Part shown: positions 58,589 to 64,000 of the stretch, one piece after another
Numbering within the stretch: the stretch's first letter is position 1
Layout: every line of letters begins with the position of its first letter
Source of the DNA: Alphaproteobacteria bacterium
GTDB taxonomy: Bacteria; Pseudomonadota; Alphaproteobacteria; UBA828
Assembly (NCBI GenBank): GCA_965221125.1
Contig: CBDCRW010000007.1
Coordinates: forward strand, 768,001-832,000
Direction of reading: 5' to 3'
Length of the DNA stretch: 64,000 bases
Notes under the pieces: generated by a model
The model's input: only the letters and a program-made list of their open reading frames with translations
Told to the model about the DNA's origin: nothing
Databases searched by the model: none
Made by a program: the position numbers and the translations under genes

Positions 58589-59956
58589 TCAAGCGCTGGC
58601 GAACGAGACGCCGGGGCGCTGCTCCAGACGGCCCGCGTCCGCCGGGGTAAGCCCGACCCTGAGCAGGGCCTCGCCATCGTCGTCCGCGTGCTCGATGACC
58701 TCGCCGTGACGGTAAAGCCAGGCCAGGGTGGCCCCGTCGGCATAGGGCACGCGGACTTCGACGACTCGCCGCGCCGCCGACAGCCGGGCGTCGATCGCGC
58801 CGATCAGGTTCTCGAGCCCGGTTCCCGTCAGTGCCGACGCTGCAACCACGCTCTCCTCGCCGGGGTGGCCGTTGGCCCCGTTGCCCCCTCCCCTCCCCTG
58901 CTGCGCGAGGCAGGCGCGTTGTTGCTCATCGAGGAGATCGACCTTGTTGAGCACCTCGATCGCGCCGCTCTGCAGCCGGTCTTCGAGGCCGAGCTCGGTC
59001 AGCACACGCAGGACGTCGGCGCGTTGTTCCGCACTGTCCGCATGGGCACAGTCCCGAACGTGCACGACGAGGTCAGCCGCAACCACCTCCTCCAGCGTGG
59101 CGCGGAATGCCGCCACGAGGTCGTGCGGCAGATCCGATACGAAGCCCACGGTGTCCGAAAGGATGACGCGCTGACCGGAGGGCAGGACGACGCCGCGCAT
59201 GGTTGGGTCGAGGGTCGCGAAGAGCTGGTCGCGCGCGACGGCGCAGGCCCCCGTCAGCAGGTTGAAGAGCGTCGTCTTGCCGGCGTTCGTGTAGCCGACC
59301 AGGGCGATTACCGGAAAGGGTACCCGCTGGCGGGCTGCGCGGTGCAGGCCGCGGGTGCGCCTGACGGCATCCAGCGCGCGTTCCAGCCGGCCTATGCGGG
59401 TGCGGATCTGGCGCCTGTCGGCCTCGATCTGCGTTTCGCCCGGCCCGCCCACGAAGCCGAGACCGCCGCGCTGGCGCTCCAGGTGCGTCCAGGATCGCAC
59501 CAGGCGGCTGCGCTGGTAACGAAGGGCGGCCAGCTCGACCTGGAGCCGGCCCTCCCGCGTGCGTGCGCGCGCCCCGAAGATCTCGAGGATGAGCGCGGTG
59601 CGGTCGATGACCTTGCAGCGCCAGGCACGTTCGAGATTGCGTTGCTGGACCGGGGTGAGCACCCCGTCCACGATGACCAGATCCAGGGAGTCCGACGACG
59701 CGGTCTCCCCTATCGTCTCGACTCGACCGGGGCCGAACAGCGTTGCTGGACGCGGCCTCTGCACGGGCACGACCTCCGCCAGCACCACGTCGAGCTCGAT
59801 CGCGCGGGCGAGGCTGACCGCTTCGGCGAGGCGACTCTCCGGCTCCCGTGCTGGCGCGCGTGCGAACTCCGCCGCTGGCGGACGCGCCCACGCCGGATGC
59901 AGAACACAGGTGCGCGATGGCGAACGTGCGCCACGTGGATCGCGTGCGTTCGCCAC
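58589..59956 (-). CDS. hflX: GTPase HflX
   Basis: GPGETQIE.DRR, GYTNAGKT, LFATLD, DTVGF, NKVD. Confidence 0.96.
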   Translation of the reverse strand: MANARDPRGARSPSRTCVLHPAWARPPAAEFARAPAREPESRLAEAVSLARAIELDVVLAEVVPVQRPRPATLFGPGRVETIGETASSDSLDLVIVDGVLTPVQQRNLERAWRCKVIDRTALILEIFGARARTREGRLQVELAALRYQRSRLVRSWTHLERQRGGLGFVGGPGETQIEADRRQIRTRIGRLERALDAVRRTRGLHRAARQRVPFPVIALVGYTNAGKTTLFNLLTGACAVARDQLFATLDPTMRGVVLPSGQRVILSDTVGFVSDLPHDLVAAFRATLEEVVAADLVVHVRDCAHADSAEQRADVLRVLTELGLEDRLQSGAIEVLNKVDLLDEQQRACLAQQGRGGGNGANGHPGEESVVAASALTGTGLENLIGAIDARLSAARRVVEVRVPYADGATLAWLYRHGEVIEHADDDGEALLRVGLTPADAGRLEQRPGVSFASA

Positions 59957-60217
59957 TTACGTTTCGTCCTCCTCTGCCGGTGCGCCGCCCTGATCGAACA
60001 ACTGGATCGGCTGGACCGGCATGACCGTCGAAATCGCATGCTTGTACACGAGCTGCGAATGGTCATCGCGTTTGAGCAGGACGCAGAAATTATCGAACCA
60101 GGTGATGATTCCCTGGAGCTTCACCCCGTTCACGAGAAAGATCGTGACCGGCATCTTCCCTTTGCGCACGTGATTGAGGAAGACGTCCTGGAGACTGTGG
60201 GATCCCTTGCCAGTCAT
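59957..60217 (-). CDS. hfq: RNA chaperone Hfq
   Basis: [25 protein letters not shown]. Confidence 0.97.
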   Translation of the reverse strand: MTGKGSHSLQDVFLNHVRKGKMPVTIFLVNGVKLQGIITWFDNFCVLLKRDDHSQLVYKHAISTVMPVQPIQLFDQGGAPAEEDET

Positions 60218-60301
60218 CGTTTCTCTATCCTTGCCTGCCCCCGCCTTCCGGAGGCTGGAGGCCGGGCGCCGGGTACACCCACGCGATCATACCACTTTTG
60301 T

Positions 60302-60958
60302 TTATATGGTGACTCCGTGCTGCCGTAAAAACCCCTGAAGTCCTGCGTGGTCGGCGACCTGATGATCCGGCGTGCGCGGACTGTCGCCGTCGCGGGGCGG
60401 GTCGGCGCTCACGATCACTGCGGTGCATCCGGCATTTCGGGCGCACGTGACGTCGATCCCCGTATCGCCCACGTACCAGACGTCCGGGCCGGCCGCGATT
60501 CCAGTTCCCTCCAGCGCCATGGCCATGACCTCGGGCGCAGGCTTGTCCATCGGTCCGTCTTCAGCGCCGACAATGCGCGCGAAGTAGCCGGTCCAGCCCA
60601 GATGCGCCGCTTCCTTGCGCACCAGGTCGCCCTGCTTGCTGCTGACCACGCCGAGGGGCAGTCCGTTTCGATGAAGCGCTGCCAGCGTGGCTTCGGCATC
60701 GGTGAGCGGGGTCAGCCGGCGCAAGTGATTCGCTCGATAGTGCCGGTAGAATAGGTACTCGGCTCTCGCGGCATCGGCGCCGAACAGGTCAGGGAACGAG
60801 TCCCGCATCGAGCGCCGCACCCACGCCTTGGTCTGTTCGAAGCTCCAGGGCTCGCGGCCCAGGTCCAGGAAGGTCAGCCGCAGACTTTCGTGGATAATCT
60901 CCCAACTCACGACCAGCGTGTTGTCCCAATCGAACAGGACGGCGCGGGGCGTTCTCAC
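60302..60958 (-). CDS. HAD family hydrolase (phosphoglycolate phosphatase-like)
   Basis: FDWDNTL, KPAP, YVGD; GTG start overlapping the dat stop. Confidence 0.9.
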   Translation of the reverse strand: MRTPRAVLFDWDNTLVVSWEIIHESLRLTFLDLGREPWSFEQTKAWVRRSMRDSFPDLFGADAARAEYLFYRHYRANHLRRLTPLTDAEATLAALHRNGLPLGVVSSKQGDLVRKEAAHLGWTGYFARIVGAEDGPMDKPAPEVMAMALEGTGIAAGPDVWYVGDTGIDVTCARNAGCTAVIVSADPPRDGDSPRTPDHQVADHAGLQGFLRQHGVTI

Positions 60959-61818
60959 CGATTCGTGCGCCCGCCGCGGCAATAGGCGAGGTAGAGATCG
61001 CGCAGACGCAAGGTCACCGGCCCCGGCTTCCCGGTGCCCACCGGGCAGCCGTCGATGCGAACGATGGCGCGGACGAACGACGTCGTGCTGGTCAGGAAGG
61101 CTTCCGGCGCGGCCTGCGCCTCGGCCAGCGTGAACGCGCGCTCGACAACCTCGATCCCCGCCTCGCGGGCCAGCCTGATCACCGTCTGGCGGGTTATGCC
61201 GCCGAGGATGTTCGCTTCGAGGCCGCGCGTTATCACGCGGCCCGAATCGTCGACGATCCAGGCGTTGGTGGAGGAACCCTCGGTGACCCGGCCCTCGGGA
61301 TCGACGAACCAGGCCTCGTAGGCTCCCTGCTCGCGCGCGTCCTGCTTGGCCAGCACGTTGGGCAGCAGCGAGACGGACTTGATATCGCAGCGGCCCCAGC
61401 GCCCCTCCGGTATGGAAACGACATCGGCCCCGCGATCCTCGGCCGCATCCTCGGGCCAGCGGACCGGGCGCGCGGTGAGGACCACCGCGCCTTCCGCGTC
61501 TTCCGGGAAGGGATGGTCCCGCGCGGCGGCGCCGCGCGTGACCTGCATGTACACCATGCCGTCGCGGACCCGGTTCCTGCGCAGGACTTCGCGGGTGACG
61601 AGTCTCAGCGCGCTGCGCGGGATCGGCATCTCCATCCTGAGCTCACGGAGCGAGCGCTCCAGCCTGTCCAGGTGCGGCTCCTCGTCGATCACGCGGCCAG
61701 CGAAGACGGCGGCGACCTCGTAGACCCCGTCCGAGAACTGGTATCCCCTGTCCTCGACGTGGACGTGCGCCAGGTCATGGCGCTCATAGCGGCCGTTGAC
61801 GTAAGCGATACGCGACAT
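60955..61818 (-). CDS. dat: D-amino acid aminotransferase (class IV)
   Basis: EDRGYQFSDGVYE, CDIKS, EGSSTN, ILGGITR. Confidence 0.93.
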   Translation of the reverse strand: MSRIAYVNGRYERHDLAHVHVEDRGYQFSDGVYEVAAVFAGRVIDEEPHLDRLERSLRELRMEMPIPRSALRLVTREVLRRNRVRDGMVYMQVTRGAAARDHPFPEDAEGAVVLTARPVRWPEDAAEDRGADVVSIPEGRWGRCDIKSVSLLPNVLAKQDAREQGAYEAWFVDPEGRVTEGSSTNAWIVDDSGRVITRGLEANILGGITRQTVIRLAREAGIEVVERAFTLAEAQAAPEAFLTSTTSFVRAIVRIDGCPVGTGKPGPVTLRLRDLYLAYCRGGRTNR

Positions 61819-61830
61819 CCAGACCTCCGG

Positions 61831-63207
61831 TCAGAAGAATTCCAGACTCACTGCGAACATCTGCTCGATCTTCTTCACCGCGCGCGCCGTCGCCAGCATG
61901 ACGACCCGGTCATGCTCCTGAATCACCGTTTGCGGGCGCGGAATGATGACGTCCTGATCCCGGACGATCGCGCCGACGATAATTCCGGTGGGCAGCTTTG
62001 TTTCGACGAGCGGCTGGCCGACGATCGGCGAGGTCCCCAGAGCCTCGGCCTCGATGATTTCGGCGGCGCCGTCACGGATCGAATGGACCGCCAGAATGCG
62101 CCCCCGGCGAATGCGCTGCAGGATCGTCGAGACCGTCGACTCTCGCGGGCTTACGGCGACGTCGACGCCGAGGCTCCCCATCAGCGGCCCGTAACTGGAA
62201 TTGTTGACGAGGGAGATGGCGGTCCGGCAACCGGCACGCTTGGCCAGAAGTGCCGCCAGGATGTTCACTTCGTCGTCGTTGGAGACGGCGATCACCGCTT
62301 GCGCAAGCCCGATATTGATCTCGATGAAAATCTCGGGGTCCAGCGCGTCGCCGCCGATCACGGTGAAGCGCGACAGCCGTTCGGCCAGATAGCGCGCGCG
62401 GTCCGGGCGCAACTCGACGACCTTCACGTCGAGTCCGGGATGGCTCTCCTCGAGCTCCTGCGTCAGGAAGTAGCCGATATTGCCGCCCCCGATGATGACC
62501 ACCCGGCGGGCCTCGGGCTCCTCGTGCCCGAAGACCGACATGCCGCGCGCGACATGCTCGGAGTCGACGGCGAAATAGACCTCGTCTCCTATCAACATCT
62601 GATCGTCGCCGCTCGGCACGATCAGCCGGGAATCCCGGCTGATCGCCATCACCATGATGTTGAGATCGGGAAACAGCTCGGTGAGCTGGCGGAGCGGCGT
62701 GTTGATGATCGGGCAGCCTTCCTCGCAACGCACGGCGATAACCCGCACACGCCCGCCGCTGAACGGCAGCATGTCGAGGGCGCCGGGCACCTGAAGCCGG
62801 CGCTCGATGGCGCGGGCGACCTCGACCTCGGGCGAGATGATCAGGTCGATCGGCATGTGGTCCCGGCTGAAGAGATCGGCCCAGGCCGGGTTCAGGTAGC
62901 TCTGGTGGCGCACCCGCGCGATCTTTTCCGGCACGTCGAACAGCGAGTGCGCGACCTGGCACGCCACCATGTTGACTTCGTCGGAGTGGGTAACGGCGAC
63001 GATCATCTCGGCGTTCTTGGCATCCGCCTCCTCGAGCACGTCGGGGAGCGACGCGTTGCCGACGATCGCCCGCGCATCCACCGAGTCGGCGAACCGCTGC
63101 ACCACCGCCCGGTCGCTATCGATCACGGTCACGTCGTTCGCCTCGTTGGCGAGCTGACGGGCGATGCTGGCGCCGACCTGCCCGGCACCGCACACGATGA
63201 TCTTCAT
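61831..63207 (-). CDS. trkA: Trk system potassium uptake protein TrkA
   Basis: MKIIVCGAGQVG, two RCK repeats, GGGNIG. Confidence 0.95.
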   Translation of the reverse strand: MKIIVCGAGQVGASIARQLANEANDVTVIDSDRAVVQRFADSVDARAIVGNASLPDVLEEADAKNAEMIVAVTHSDEVNMVACQVAHSLFDVPEKIARVRHQSYLNPAWADLFSRDHMPIDLIISPEVEVARAIERRLQVPGALDMLPFSGGRVRVIAVRCEEGCPIINTPLRQLTELFPDLNIMVMAISRDSRLIVPSGDDQMLIGDEVYFAVDSEHVARGMSVFGHEEPEARRVVIIGGGNIGYFLTQELEESHPGLDVKVVELRPDRARYLAERLSRFTVIGGDALDPEIFIEINIGLAQAVIAVSNDDEVNILAALLAKRAGCRTAISLVNNSSYGPLMGSLGVDVAVSPRESTVSTILQRIRRGRILAVHSIRDGAAEIIEAEALGTSPIVGQPLVETKLPTGIIVGAIVRDQDVIIPRPQTVIQEHDRVVMLATARAVKKIEQMFAVSLEFF

Positions 63208-64000
63208 GGGCCGTTCAGCTTGTCGGAGTTGCCGCTTCTCCCGTCGGTCTCGGCGTCTCCATCCGCCGTCTGCTCGCCCTGCTCACGCTCGAGCATCCCG
63301 AGCGAACGCAGCTTGCGATGGAGCGCCGAGCGCTCCATGCCGACGAACTGGGCGGTGCGCGAGATGTTACCGCCAAAACGGTCGACCTGCGCGTTGAGAT
63401 AATCCCGCTCGAACAATCGGCGCGCTTCGCGCAACGGCATCGCCATGACATCGGCGGGACCGGGAACCGCCTGCGGCTGTCCCGGCGACGGCCCGAGTGC
63501 CGATTGGATCATGTCTGCACCAATTCGGCGGTTGGCGGAGGTCGGCGTCATGATCAGCAGCCACTCCACGAAGTTGCGGAGCTGGCGCACGTTGCCGGGC
63601 CAGTCGAAGGACTGAAGCATCGTCATCCCGTCGCCGGTGATCTCGTGCGGGGGCAGGCCTGCGCTCTCCGCCGCTTGTTGAATGAAGAAGCGCGCCAGCT
63701 CGGGGATGTCTTCGCGCCGCTCCCGCAGCGAGGGCACTTCGATCGGCGTGACCTGCAAACGGTAATACAGGTCTTCGCGAAATCGACCCTGCGCTATTTC
63801 CGTCGCCATGTCGCGCGTGGTCGCCGCCATGACGCGGATGTCGACTTCGATCTGCTGCGTGCCGCCTTCGCGCTCGAACGTGTGGGCCTGGAGCGCGCGC
63901 GCAATCTTGCCCTGAGTCTCGAACGGCATGTCGGCTATTTCGTCGAAGAAGAGCGTGCCGCCATGCGCACGTTCGAAGGTCCCGATCTTGCGTGAGCGGG
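63204..64000 (-). CDS. ntrX: NtrX-type response regulator (AAA+ and Fis HTH), C-terminal part
   Basis: GGTLFFDEIADM, FREDLYYRL, WPGNVRQLRN, GNISRTAQFVGMERSALHRKL; upstream of trkA; 5' end outside the window. Confidence 0.9.
   Translation of the reverse strand, partial: RSRKIGTFERAHGGTLFFDEIADMPFETQGKIARALQAHTFEREGGTQQIEVDIRVMAATTRDMATEIAQGRFREDLYYRLQVTPIEVPSLRERREDIPELARFFIQQAAESAGLPPHEITGDGMTMLQSFDWPGNVRQLRNFVEWLLIMTPTSANRRIGADMIQSALGPSPGQPQAVPGPADVMAMPLREARRLFERDYLNAQVDRFGGNISRTAQFVGMERSALHRKLRSLGMLEREQGEQTADGDAETDGRSGNSDKLNGP

Noticed and set aside
58225-58650. 141-aa plus-strand ORF between groES and hflX
   Set aside because: It runs across CIRCE, the promoter and the dif-like site; no RBS or recognisable domain

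Overview
High-GC alphaproteobacterial chromosome segment (Rhodospirillales-like gene order, inferred), apparently spanning the replication terminus. A dif site lies at 54919-54946, and KOPS octamers roughly flip orientation there. The left half (1-35 kb) is accessory catabolism and transport. It holds a TcuA-like flavoprotein (partial), a CoxL-like molybdoenzyme, an OCD/mu-crystallin protein, a Phd-VapC toxin-antitoxin pair with a leaderless promoter, several hydrolases, maeB, mgtE, a TRAP transporter, and an Urt/Liv-type ABC transporter with PhyH/LLM/VOC genes. It ends in an unusual split glutamate-synthase-like operon (class II GATase; GXGXG+FMN fusion; GltD fused to a degenerate second FMN barrel), followed by larA, a tungsten AOR and a MoaD. 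A ~1.5 kb low-GC islet with a PD-(D/E)XK-like ORF sits between moaD and bcp. The right half is mostly core: bcp, glnE, a YhdP/AsmA-like gene, mltB-rlpA-dacA-tmk-holB-metG-tatD-MBL-mazG, and ntrX-trkA-dat-HAD-hfq-hflX, with a divergent CIRCE-controlled groESL inserted between them. The strongest oddities are the GltD::pseudo-FMN-domain glutamate-synthase-like system, a GlnE whose N-terminal (adenylyl-removing) active site looks knocked out, and a second dif-like site that brackets mazG-groEL-groES. All calls come from motif recognition by eye; no searches were run.
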